Part shown: one piece after another, positions 28,135 to 37,745 of the stretch
How the letters are laid out: each line of letters begins with the position of its first letter
Position numbering within the stretch: position 1 is the stretch's first letter
Virus genome (UHGV): UHGV-1351772
Origin: a virus
Direction: 5' to 3' (one strand)
DNA length: 64,000 bases
Made by a program: the position numbers and the translations under genes
The notes under the pieces: generated by a model
Told to the model about the DNA's origin: nothing
Database searches by the model: none
Seen by the model: the letters and a program-made list of their open reading frames with translations, nothing else

Positions 28135-29916
28135 ATGAATAACTATTACGCACCGGAAGACGTTATTGCCAAGGAGTGCAAGTTTGTTTCTTACGCAACC
28201 GATCAGCAGAAAGAAAACGACTTCGTGCTCATAAAGGAGGTCGTCCATACTAAAGATGGCAGATATATCCCACGAATTGTCATGCGTGAAAATCTGAAAC
28301 GGCCCATCTACATTACTTTACCACAACATCGTAACCACAAGGAAAAGAAAGAATACGAAGAACGTAGTAAGTGCCAGGAATATTTAACAACGGACGTAAT
28401 GATGTCCTCAACCATACAGATGGGTCTGGGGATTCGTTTTCCCGATAAAAAGAAACCACTCCGTCAGGTTTGTACTTCACCGTATGTTTACTGGGCTGAT
28501 TTGCCCATTACTAGCTGGATTAAAGAAAAGTACATACGTAAATGGCCTAATGCTGTTTCACCTAACCGCATCTGTGTATACGACGTGGAAACTCGAGAAG
28601 AAGACAAGTCTCGAGACCCCTGGATTATGAGTTTTGTTTTAGACGACGAAATTCATTTCTTTGCTACGAAAGACTACGTCACCCGTTGCGGACGTGAAAA
28701 CTTTGAAGCGCGACTCGTCAAACGTGCTCAAGAATTGCTTTCTAAAATCGCTTTTCGTGGAAAAGACGAGAACGACAACCCTATCGTTAAATACAAAAAC
28801 GTTATCGACGGTTACAAAATCTTCGTTTACGAATGTCTCAATTCGGGTTGTTGTATTCAACGGATGTTTGAGGAAATTCACCCTCGTCTCCCTGACTTAC
28901 TCGTCGCATGGAACCACGAGTTCGATATTTCACGTATGTTAGAAGCTTTAGAAGCAGCGGGCATTCCACCGGAAGACGTCTTCTGTCATCCAGACGTGCC
29001 GAAACAGTACCGTCGTGTCTACTTTAAGAAAGACGAAGCATCGAAGAAAACGGAATCAAAGTCATTAACAAAAGCGCCTTCGCAACAGTGGCACATTCTT
29101 TATTGTACGGCGTCATTCTACTGTGTAGATGCAATGTGTCTATTCCGTTCATTGCGTGTACACGAGGGACAACGCCCCTCTTACAAACTTAACGCGATAC
29201 TGGAAACCGAGTTGGGTTTAAACAAGTTGGACTTACCAGAACTACCCTACGAGGAAAAGTTGGAATGGCACTTAAAGGCGCAGAAAGATTTCCCGTTAGA
29301 ATACTGCGTTTATAACATCTTCGATAACTTGATGATTGTTCTGCTGGATAAAAAGACGAACGATCTGTCTTCTGCTATTTCAGTTTTGGCGGGTTATTCG
29401 ATGTATGATATTTTCCCTTCTCTACCGAAGCGAATCTGTATTGCATACACGTATTACCTCTATGAACAGGGTCTGGTTATCGGTTGTGTGGGTAGCGCGA
29501 TGCGTAACGATTTCGACAATGAAGTCATTGGGACGGATGGTTGGATTGTTACATTGACTGCGTGTATGAACGCAGAGAATGGGCTACGAAACATCATCAA
29601 GGAAGTTGATGATTTCTACACGGCTTTCCGTGGGCAAACTGCGGATGCTGACTTAACCCAGGCATACCCATCTGCAACGAACATGATGAACCAGTCTCGT
29701 GAAACAACGTTAATCGAGCTATTGAGCATTCACGGTGTTCCTGAAGAGGTGCGGCGTCGTGTCGGTATTAACCTTACTGCGGGGCGTGTCAATGCAATGG
29801 AAATCGCGACAGATTTCTTCCTGTTGCCCGATAAAAACGACGTCTTAGAAGCTTTTCTACGTAGACAAGGAGAAACGATTACCGATCCTTTTGAATATAT
29901 CAAAGCTGCAAAGTAA
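28135..29916 (+). CDS. family-B DNA polymerase, N-terminal part (3-5 exonuclease domain plus motif A)
   Basis: Exo I VYDVETRE, Exo II WNHEFDI, YKLNAILETELGLNKLDL block, Exo III YCVYNIFDNL, motif A DLTQAYPS; start moved to ATG 28135 to avoid overlap with convergent gene. Confidence 0.7.
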   Translation: MNNYYAPEDVIAKECKFVSYATDQQKENDFVLIKEVVHTKDGRYIPRIVMRENLKRPIYITLPQHRNHKEKKEYEERSKCQEYLTTDVMMSSTIQMGLGIRFPDKKKPLRQVCTSPYVYWADLPITSWIKEKYIRKWPNAVSPNRICVYDVETREEDKSRDPWIMSFVLDDEIHFFATKDYVTRCGRENFEARLVKRAQELLSKIAFRGKDENDNPIVKYKNVIDGYKIFVYECLNSGCCIQRMFEEIHPRLPDLLVAWNHEFDISRMLEALEAAGIPPEDVFCHPDVPKQYRRVYFKKDEASKKTESKSLTKAPSQQWHILYCTASFYCVDAMCLFRSLRVHEGQRPSYKLNAILETELGLNKLDLPELPYEEKLEWHLKAQKDFPLEYCVYNIFDNLMIVLLDKKTNDLSSAISVLAGYSMYDIFPSLPKRICIAYTYYLYEQGLVIGCVGSAMRNDFDNEVIGTDGWIVTLTACMNAENGLRNIIKEVDDFYTAFRGQTADADLTQAYPSATNMMNQSRETTLIELLSIHGVPEEVRRRVGINLTAGRVNAMEIATDFFLLPDKNDVLEAFLRRQGETITDPFEYIKAAK

Positions 29917-29928
29917 AAAAAAATAAAC

Positions 29929-29966
29929 GTTACCCTACTCCTTCGGGAGTAGGGTAATACTTTTAT
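29929..29966. terminator. bidirectional terminator, repeated element copy 2
   Basis: Identical gttaccctactccttcgggagtagggtaat; between convergent genes. Confidence 0.65.
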
Positions 29967-30472
29967 GCCGCGTTGAAGCAGTAAGCCAGTAAGTGTTGCA
30001 GCTCTGGATCGGTCACACGTTGTACCAAACGTCCAACGTTGTCACGCTGAGCAAAGTTTGCTTTATCCTGAGAATTTGCGAAACGTACTAACATGTTGAT
30101 AAACACGACGTATGTTTCACGTTCAGCGGAATCGTAAAACCAATCTAAATGGTAGTTCACATTCGGATAGTAGAAGATACCACGTTTGTGTTTAATTGCA
30201 GCTTCAACGAACACGTTGAACGCATCAATGAATGCTTGGCCACGCAGTTCAAATAACGTACGGAACGATTGATGCAGCTTACGGAAAGCGTCGTCAGCTT
30301 CTGGGGTATCTTTCGGTTTATTTTGGCTAATTGCCCCGCCAGCCTCATCGAGCTGAGTAGCAATAAGTCGCACCTGGTACGCATCATCCTGACTGTAAGT
30401 TACCGCATTTTCCTCAGCGCGTCTTACCGCTGATGGGCGTTCATCTTGTGTCGAAATATCTTTAGTTGCCAT
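29963..30472 (-). CDS. hypothetical protein
   Basis: 169-aa ORF. Confidence 0.5.
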   Translation of the reverse strand: MATKDISTQDERPSAVRRAEENAVTYSQDDAYQVRLIATQLDEAGGAISQNKPKDTPEADDAFRKLHQSFRTLFELRGQAFIDAFNVFVEAAIKHKRGIFYYPNVNYHLDWFYDSAERETYVVFINMLVRFANSQDKANFAQRDNVGRLVQRVTDPELQHLLAYCFNAA

Positions 30473-30485
30473 TGGCTAATAATCC

Positions 30486-31805
30486 TTACGTAATGTGGAT
30501 CGATGGATTAAATTCGTGTACCACTGTCTCTTTACCGTGCATCGCGGCCATTGCCACGGACATAACGTTAGAGAACGCCGAGGATATATCCGCAGCGATT
30601 GCGCGAGGTTCTTCCCCTTTATTCGCAGACGAACACGCTGTGCAGGTGTCGATGTGGCCATACTGACATAAGATGGGTCGGCGTAACCGCACCACTTTAC
30701 CTAACTGCTGTTTTAAATATTCCTCAGTCAGTGGTGTCAGTTTACCATTAACCATCGCATTCATCCCAACGTAACGTTTTACGTTATCATCGGTAATCAC
30801 AACCGGATACGTTAGTTTCGTTCCACAGTCACCAGGGACGATTCGGTGGTTCTGGAAAATCATCTGGATAATACGTACCTGCTCACCCCCTTTCGCTGTT
30901 TCCGCACCACGAGAGAACGAACCTTCACGGATAGAGTTGAATTTCGCGACCAGGTTTTCCATCCCCGCCTTATCAACTTCAACTAATGCGTTCGGAATGA
31001 GCGTGTAATGGCCCCCTTCCTGAAAAGACGATTCAATACCGTACATCAGCATTAATTTACGTCGACGCATCCGCGATTTCGGCGAGTTATAAAACTCAAT
31101 AGATTGGTCACCCGACAACCACTCTTTATCTAACTCATCCAGCGCTTTTTCAATCTTAACGATAACGGCAGGATCGTCTAACTCGTCTTTGTGCTTCAAC
31201 AGTAACGCATCGCGGATTTTATACGCATCAGGATGCACCGTGAGGCTTCGTAACGTACCTGTTGGTGCAATACCTGACGTGAGCGGTGCGAGCTCGTGTA
31301 AGCCGCTTACAAAGCGCTCAATCATACTCGGTCGAATTGCACCTTCGTTTTCTGGCTCATCGGTTTCATGGTCTAAACAACGACGATGCATCTCTTTGCG
31401 ATATTCCAACGGGTTTTGTGAAATCGCCAGATAAGGTAAGCGTGTACCAAATGCATACCAGATAACAATCCAGTTAAAAACGTATCGTCCTACTGTCGTG
31501 GGAATAGGACCGTCTAAACCGGGATAATCGTCAGGGCGTAGCTCGAACTGTTCTTCAGGGACAAACAGCTCCTGGTCCTTTACACCGTCAGTAATCGGTT
31601 CCCAACTGCCCTTACCGTCTTCTACAGCGTAATAATGCGGTAAGCCGTCGATATACGTTATATCAAACACTTCGGGTTCTTCGCGCCCTGTTGGAAACAC
31701 CGACATGTTAAAAATAGCAATACGCCAAACCAATCGACGCCAAGCTTCTGCTTTACATGCCGCTACTAAGAACTCAAACCTCGTCATCGTGCTCTGCCTC
31801 CTCAA
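30486..31805 (-). CDS. hypothetical protein
   Basis: 439-aa ORF. Confidence 0.55.
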   Translation of the reverse strand: MRRQSTMTRFEFLVAACKAEAWRRLVWRIAIFNMSVFPTGREEPEVFDITYIDGLPHYYAVEDGKGSWEPITDGVKDQELFVPEEQFELRPDDYPGLDGPIPTTVGRYVFNWIVIWYAFGTRLPYLAISQNPLEYRKEMHRRCLDHETDEPENEGAIRPSMIERFVSGLHELAPLTSGIAPTGTLRSLTVHPDAYKIRDALLLKHKDELDDPAVIVKIEKALDELDKEWLSGDQSIEFYNSPKSRMRRRKLMLMYGIESSFQEGGHYTLIPNALVEVDKAGMENLVAKFNSIREGSFSRGAETAKGGEQVRIIQMIFQNHRIVPGDCGTKLTYPVVITDDNVKRYVGMNAMVNGKLTPLTEEYLKQQLGKVVRLRRPILCQYGHIDTCTACSSANKGEEPRAIAADISSAFSNVMSVAMAAMHGKETVVHEFNPSIHIT

Positions 31806-32640
31806 CCTGATAAATCAGCCGTAGGCTTTTTAATGCAGGTTGTAAAACAGTAATGGGTTGTAACCCATCATTATTAAGTTTCTCTAAGTTCGTCGAAAGA
31901 TCGGCATAGGCGTCATCGAAGTCATCGTTATCGATAATCGAAAGCCCTACCGTGTACATCTCGAGCAATTCTGTTTCGCTATAATCCTCGACGTCAAACA
32001 CTAACGATTGTTGAACAACCGTCAAATCGGGATCTTCAGGTAAGTTTAGGAATACGAACGCAGAGGGGTTTTGCGGATAAAGGCGCAAGTATTCTGCAAT
32101 ACGTGACAGACGTGCATCGTTACCTACTGCGAGTTGTTCATCCACAACCATAGCTGAGAGATAGTTACGCATCACTGTCATTACACGGGGTGAAACACGA
32201 ATGACCAAATCTTCAAAATGGATATTGTCATCGCCGTATACGTAACGGCAGATACTTTCCAGGATAAACTCTGGCGTCTCTCCAGACATCACGAGACCGT
32301 ATAGCGTATCGGTGTCTTCGAACTCTTCGAATTTAGACGTAATGCCATCCAGAATACGCACGGTCTCTTTCGGTTTACGGAAAACTTCTTGTGGGTTTAA
32401 AGCGACGCCTAAACGGTTGCCTAACGCCACGGCACATTTTACAATAATCCCTTCCAGTCTTACGGTTTCGTCGGCAGGATCAGACGACGGTTGCCAATAC
32501 ACATCGCTTAGCGCAACATCGTAACCGTAATCCATGCACAGCGTTACTAAGTCCAGGAAAGGCGCAGCACGTTCTTCCGCACGATTGACGGTAAGAACGG
32601 CGGCGTAATCGGTATAAATGTCAATCATAGCCTTTTCCAA
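31774..32640 (-). CDS. hypothetical protein
   Basis: 288-aa ORF. Confidence 0.5.
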   Translation of the reverse strand: MEKAMIDIYTDYAAVLTVNRAEERAAPFLDLVTLCMDYGYDVALSDVYWQPSSDPADETVRLEGIIVKCAVALGNRLGVALNPQEVFRKPKETVRILDGITSKFEEFEDTDTLYGLVMSGETPEFILESICRYVYGDDNIHFEDLVIRVSPRVMTVMRNYLSAMVVDEQLAVGNDARLSRIAEYLRLYPQNPSAFVFLNLPEDPDLTVVQQSLVFDVEDYSETELLEMYTVGLSIIDNDDFDDAYADLSTNLEKLNNDGLQPITVLQPALKSLRLIYQVEEAEHDDEV

Positions 32641-32707
32641 TACAAGGGGTTCATACCAAAGCGAAAAAAAAGAAAAAGCTAAGGGAGTCGTAAAGACTCC
32701 CTTACAT

Positions 32708-33013
32708 TTAATTTTTCAGCTTAAGTTCTTTCTCCAAACCTTGTAGCTCTGGGTCACCGGCAGTAACGTCACTCATGACTTTCTTAATCGCGGCTTTACG
32801 ACGATTAAGCACACGGAGCATCATCATAATCTCCCACCGTGGCCGATCTAACCACTCGTCGAAGGTCATTCTGAAATGCTCGCCTATCTGCTCACGCAGA
32901 TACACTTCCATCCAGATTTCATACAGACTCCCGTATTCGGGGTTTTCAAAATCTGATAAGCCAACGTGTCTCGTCCCGGTGTCTAGGCCGACCGATAAGT
33001 CGTACGCACCCAA
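32708..33013 (-). CDS. hypothetical protein
   Basis: 101-aa ORF. Confidence 0.45.
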   Translation of the reverse strand: MGAYDLSVGLDTGTRHVGLSDFENPEYGSLYEIWMEVYLREQIGEHFRMTFDEWLDRPRWEIMMMLRVLNRRKAAIKKVMSDVTAGDPELQGLEKELKLKN

Positions 33014-33129
33014 AAGCTCATCGTGAGCTTCCTGATAAGTTATCGGGCGCGTGCTACGTTGTTTGAACAGAGAGGTGGTATCAAGCTTAAGCGTATTAAT
33101 GACGTGATCCGAAGGAATCTCGTTCGGGT

Positions 33130-35088
33130 CTAGCCAATAACGGCGTATTGATCCCTCAGATACCGCTGAATCTCGGACACCACTCGAGATAGCTCGAAAA
33201 AAACGCGGTCCGGTGAGATCGTCACGATACCACGGTAAGTTCCTTCTTTTTCGCCCTCATGGGTTTTACCGCAAGACGGACATTTCTGACCCATATATCC
33301 GAACACCGCCAAACGACTACGTTCGTTATAGTTCGCCGCAGCCGCCTCAAACTCGTACACATAGTGACGATCGGAAGACAGCTCCTCCAGAATCTGGATA
33401 ATCTTATCGGTATCCGTTTCTGTGGTGCTTACCTCACGAATTTCATCGTCCTGCATAACTTCTTCAGTTACCGTAATGGATTCCACCATATACGCATAAC
33501 GTGTTAAGCGACGTGCTTCGGTAATGAGGCGAAGGTGATCTTCACGCTCCCGCTCGGTGCCTTTCTCAGCCAACGCAGATGTAGACGCGGTGTTGTTCTC
33601 TTCCACCCAACGTTCTGTATTATCAAAGAACTTACCTAACGTCGAACGACCGAATTTAACGGTAATACCGTCGCTTACGAATGTCGCAGACGGATCTTTC
33701 AGGTGTTCTTCAACAAACTTACGTTGTTCCAAACGACTGATCGTAACGTCTTCTTTACCACGCTGTTGGGCCCACAGGCTACGCTGCATATCGGTGTAAA
33801 GCGACGTACCCATGCGGATACAACGGGCCAGGTTCAGACGAATATCTTCTTGATAACCACATCCCTCATGACCACAGATTAACGTCCATGGCAAACCGCC
33901 GGGATATTTCGCTTGCATCACACCAATCAGCAACAGCCAATAATCCGCAAGATCGATAGTATCCAGCAACACGGTCTTCATGTCGTTCCCTTCGCAATCC
34001 AACGTGCAGTCGGTAACGAAGCGTAACGCAAATTCAACCATATGGCTTAAATAGATACCCGAAGATGCGGATAACATCAGACCGTAGGTCTGCATACCGA
34101 TTTTTGCAGTTTCCAGGGTCAGCTGAATATCAAAATCACAGATTTCGCGTTCTAACGGTGCACGGAAGCCTACAAAGATACCCGTTGCGGGTAACCATAC
34201 CCAGTTAGGGATACCTGACTTACGACGACGACGAAGTGCCGCAATAGCACCAGTGTGCTGACTGTTACGTGGTGTAATGAAGCCAACCGGCTTAGACATT
34301 CCCGGCAACTGTACACGCTGTTCCCAGGCGGTATCTTCACGAGACAATGCACCATCGAATGCTTGCTGTTGGTTTTGTAAACGCGGTGGCATCATGTTCA
34401 GGGCGCGATACAAACGCTCGTACAGGTCACGCTGTTCTTCCGATTTAAACAGGAGCCGACCGTCACTACCGCGCGGAACACTGGAAAAGAATTTCTTCAG
34501 TTCACTACCGATGAGATTCGGGTCTTCACGCAAACCAATCAGTGTATTGAACTCCGTCAGAACTCGACCTGGATCGTCTTCGGGCAATTCACTGATTTCC
34601 TCGTGTGGTGCTTGCGTACCAAAATTCACATGGTGCTCAGCTGGTTGTTCTTTCACTGCCGGGGATGCTTCAGGTTCGTGATCAGCGGCAATCTGTGAAC
34701 CTTCGATCGCTTGAGGAACGTAAGGTTCTTCGGCTTTCTTCTCTACCACCGGCGCAGGTTTGTCTGCGACAGGGGCAGGATCAGGTTGCTGAATAACCGG
34801 CTCAACGACAACGGGTTCTGGCTCAGCAATCGTTACTACCGGAGCAGGCTCTTCTTCATAAACCGGTTTAGGTAGAACGGGTTCTTCAGCAGGTTTCACT
34901 TTTACGAGATTGTGATACATCTCTTCTGCTTGGGCAAATGAAAAATGGGGATTACTGCGTTTGATTGCCATAATCCCATCGTCGGCGGACATCGTAGACA
35001 AGTCAGCCTCAGGTACGACGACATGAGGTGTGTCTTCCTGAACCCGACGACGCCCATTACCTGGGCGTTGGTCTAAAGTATCTGACAT
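33130..35088 (-). CDS. hypothetical protein with Pro/Glu/Val-rich N-terminal linker and Cys clusters
   Basis: 652 aa; PEPVxxEP repeats in first third; CGHEGCG and CPSCGKTHEG motifs. Confidence 0.55.
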   Translation of the reverse strand: MSDTLDQRPGNGRRRVQEDTPHVVVPEADLSTMSADDGIMAIKRSNPHFSFAQAEEMYHNLVKVKPAEEPVLPKPVYEEEPAPVVTIAEPEPVVVEPVIQQPDPAPVADKPAPVVEKKAEEPYVPQAIEGSQIAADHEPEASPAVKEQPAEHHVNFGTQAPHEEISELPEDDPGRVLTEFNTLIGLREDPNLIGSELKKFFSSVPRGSDGRLLFKSEEQRDLYERLYRALNMMPPRLQNQQQAFDGALSREDTAWEQRVQLPGMSKPVGFITPRNSQHTGAIAALRRRRKSGIPNWVWLPATGIFVGFRAPLEREICDFDIQLTLETAKIGMQTYGLMLSASSGIYLSHMVEFALRFVTDCTLDCEGNDMKTVLLDTIDLADYWLLLIGVMQAKYPGGLPWTLICGHEGCGYQEDIRLNLARCIRMGTSLYTDMQRSLWAQQRGKEDVTISRLEQRKFVEEHLKDPSATFVSDGITVKFGRSTLGKFFDNTERWVEENNTASTSALAEKGTEREREDHLRLITEARRLTRYAYMVESITVTEEVMQDDEIREVSTTETDTDKIIQILEELSSDRHYVYEFEAAAANYNERSRLAVFGYMGQKCPSCGKTHEGEKEGTYRGIVTISPDRVFFELSRVVSEIQRYLRDQYAVIG

Positions 35089-35091
35089 TAA

Positions 35092-35664
35092 TTAACCCTC
35101 TGCTTCAACGACGGTGTCTGGTTGTTTTACAGCCTGCTCAGCCTGCTGTAGAAGTTCGTACGCTTCGGCGAACGTGCTACCTTGCTGCATTGCACGTTTT
35201 ACAAAATCGGCGCGACTATTGTACAATGACAAGATTTCAATCGCGGCACCCTGAATATCTTTGCCCAGGAAGATCGCATCGGTTTCCAGGTTAGTCACCA
35301 GCAGAGTATCCAGCTCGTATTGCTCTTTGACATTGGCCCAATTTGTGCTTTCCAACATCGTTTTGGTTTTGGTTGCCACTTCATCGATCGCAATCAATTT
35401 AGCACCCAGCTTTTCTTTCCCCTCTGCCATCAGTCCCACGAAAGCCGCTTTCGCTTCGTCTAACGCGTTAATGGCAAACTCTTTGTATTCTGGTTCTTGC
35501 AGCGCGTCCAGAATCTCGCGTTCTTTGTCGATACGCTCAGCCAAAATTTTCATTTGGTCTTCGAACAGAATGACCAGTTTATACACGTTCTTCACGCTAT
35601 CACGAAGGGTTTTCTTCGCCAGAGCACGTGGATTATAAGCGGGTTTCTTTTTACGACGTGACAT
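35092..35664 (-). CDS. hypothetical protein
   Basis: 190-aa ORF, charged and helical-looking. Confidence 0.5.
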   Translation of the reverse strand: MSRRKKKPAYNPRALAKKTLRDSVKNVYKLVILFEDQMKILAERIDKEREILDALQEPEYKEFAINALDEAKAAFVGLMAEGKEKLGAKLIAIDEVATKTKTMLESTNWANVKEQYELDTLLVTNLETDAIFLGKDIQGAAIEILSLYNSRADFVKRAMQQGSTFAEAYELLQQAEQAVKQPDTVVEAEG

Positions 35665-35725
35665 TTTTATATTCCTTTAGCAAAAAAAGAAAGGGTGTAC
35701 ACAATATACACCCGTTCTGTTCTTT

Positions 35726-36109
35726 TTAACCGTTATCATGAGGAACGGTTACCCAACTGTGCCATTTCTCGGAGTATAACCGATAGGCCACTTTCGGGTT
35801 TTGGTCTACATTACCTGCGGGGTTTTCAGACCACAGAACCCAACTGTACAATTCATAAGACGAAGTATTACGAATACTGGAGTTACGTGTGATATAATAG
35901 CATTTACCACGTTGGAAAATCTGCATTCCTGCATAGTGTTCATTCACCATGTAATAGTGAAATGCGACACTCATTACAGGATCGGTACAGAGTCTATTTA
36001 CGACGTCTAAAACGTCGGGATACGCCTTTAAAACTTTTTCGAGAAAACTTGCTAAGTTCAGACCGGCATACGGCGCGGTTGGCTCTGTTGGCTGCGGCGG
36101 TAGTAACAT
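35726..36109 (-). CDS. hypothetical protein (start probably internal Met near 35974)
   Basis: 127-aa ORF; longest form overlaps helicase 3-prime end. Confidence 0.4.
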   Translation of the reverse strand: MLLPPQPTEPTAPYAGLNLASFLEKVLKAYPDVLDVVNRLCTDPVMSVAFHYYMVNEHYAGMQIFQRGKCYYITRNSSIRNTSSYELYSWVLWSENPAGNVDQNPKVAYRLYSEKWHSWVTVPHDNG

Positions 36110-37703
36110 CAGCTTTCCTTACAATATACGGTGAGGTGGCTATCTTAAACGACAACACAGAATCACTCAGTGATTTTTGACGCGCATTCAAGTAATTGCA
36201 ATGCTTCGGTATCGAATAAGAATGGAATAACCACACAACGGGATCGAGTTCACCCCAGTCGTTGTGGAGAATCTTACGTGGACGTCCGGCCATCTGGCGG
36301 TTTAACTGCTGGTCTTCCACAGGAGTAGTAATGTACATGTGCACCAGCCCCGGTTTGTCAACCGCAGTACCTGCTTTCCCTGGTGTTGAAATAGAGAAAT
36401 CCGCTTGAATAAAGTCGTCATACGAATCCCCTGCGTTATATTTCGCAACCATCAACGCATGGAACTTATCAGATTGTGCAAGCTTCTCTCGCACGTAATC
36501 CGTAAAGAACTCACACATTGCGACAGTTGCGAACAACACCAACACTTTCTGACCAGGTTGATAACCTGCCAGATACGTCCGTTCTATTACATCCCAGACC
36601 ATATCCGCGTACGACTGATGAAGGTTTTCGCTAATCAGCTTCCCTTCAAACAGTTTGTGGTTATACGGGGTCATCTTCGTTGCCCACCACGCAAACCGTT
36701 TATTCTCAATTCGGTAATACAACGCTTTCACATGTACCGCAGGAATAATCGGAATGGTGATACGTGCCTCTTGTGGGAAACGTTCTTTATACCGTTCTGC
36801 CAAGAACGCTTTCGATTCACCCGGTTGGAGTGTAGCCGACATCTCAACAGAGGGCGGCGGATTCAACATAATTCCAGCCATGTACACCAAGTGGAAATGT
36901 TCGTGCACTTCATCCATCGATAAGAACCCAACACCTAGCGTGTTATAGAAATCATCGATGTTCACTGGGTTAGTCGCAGCGGTGTTGATATATTCTTTCA
37001 AAAACCGCTGTAACGTCACTGTAGAGACGATAATAACTTTGATGCCACGTTTATCCAACTCACCACTTTCACCCATTTCTAGCGCTTCGTAGACCGCTTG
37101 TACGCCCTGTATAACCAAGACGTCCTCTTTCGATTCACGAAGTCCAGTAGGATCTTCCGTTAAGTCGAATAACCATTTAGAGATGTACGTGGGTCGATGA
37201 ATCAATAACGTTCTTACCCCTTTACGAACCATCACTTTCATGTTCGTCTTCGACTTACCCATCCCTGTACCAATCTCAAAGATGGTTTGTAAGCGGTTAG
37301 GCTGGCACGCCGTTTCTACAACGCCATTCTGATAAAAGAAGCGTGACGACTCATCTTCTTCTATCATGTTAAAGCCGTAGTTTTCAAACGTACAGCGGTA
37401 AGGTGTTCCCTGGGTTAAGTGATGCTCGTAGAGTTTAAAGTCAATTGCAAACTCAGCGGCCGTTCGGTTAATAATGATTCGTAAACGTTCGGAAAAATTC
37501 CGGTGGAATATAAAGGTACGGATAGAAGGAATATGTGCGTAATACGGATCGCCACGTTCGGTGATGATTCTTCCGTATTGTTTACCCATTTTCGGGGCGT
37601 GCATATTCTCTTCTGCCCACTTTAGGATTGCCGACTCTATAGGTCGACAAGGGACTTCGACCCTCACACCCATACTCGTAAAGGTCATGTGGAATTCGTA
37701 CAT
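35994..37703 (-). CDS. SF2 (DExH-type) helicase, putative
   Basis: Walker A GTGMGKSKT and DEVH box (FLSMDEVHEHFH) in correct order. Confidence 0.65.
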   Translation of the reverse strand: MYEFHMTFTSMGVRVEVPCRPIESAILKWAEENMHAPKMGKQYGRIITERGDPYYAHIPSIRTFIFHRNFSERLRIIINRTAAEFAIDFKLYEHHLTQGTPYRCTFENYGFNMIEEDESSRFFYQNGVVETACQPNRLQTIFEIGTGMGKSKTNMKVMVRKGVRTLLIHRPTYISKWLFDLTEDPTGLRESKEDVLVIQGVQAVYEALEMGESGELDKRGIKVIIVSTVTLQRFLKEYINTAATNPVNIDDFYNTLGVGFLSMDEVHEHFHLVYMAGIMLNPPPSVEMSATLQPGESKAFLAERYKERFPQEARITIPIIPAVHVKALYYRIENKRFAWWATKMTPYNHKLFEGKLISENLHQSYADMVWDVIERTYLAGYQPGQKVLVLFATVAMCEFFTDYVREKLAQSDKFHALMVAKYNAGDSYDDFIQADFSISTPGKAGTAVDKPGLVHMYITTPVEDQQLNRQMAGRPRKILHNDWGELDPVVWLFHSYSIPKHCNYLNARQKSLSDSVLSFKIATSPYIVRKADVTTAAANRANRAVCRSELSKFSRKSFKGVSRRFRRRK

Positions 37704-37745
37704 GCTCCCCTCTTACAAAAAAAGAGGGGCGCAGGCCCCTCTCGT

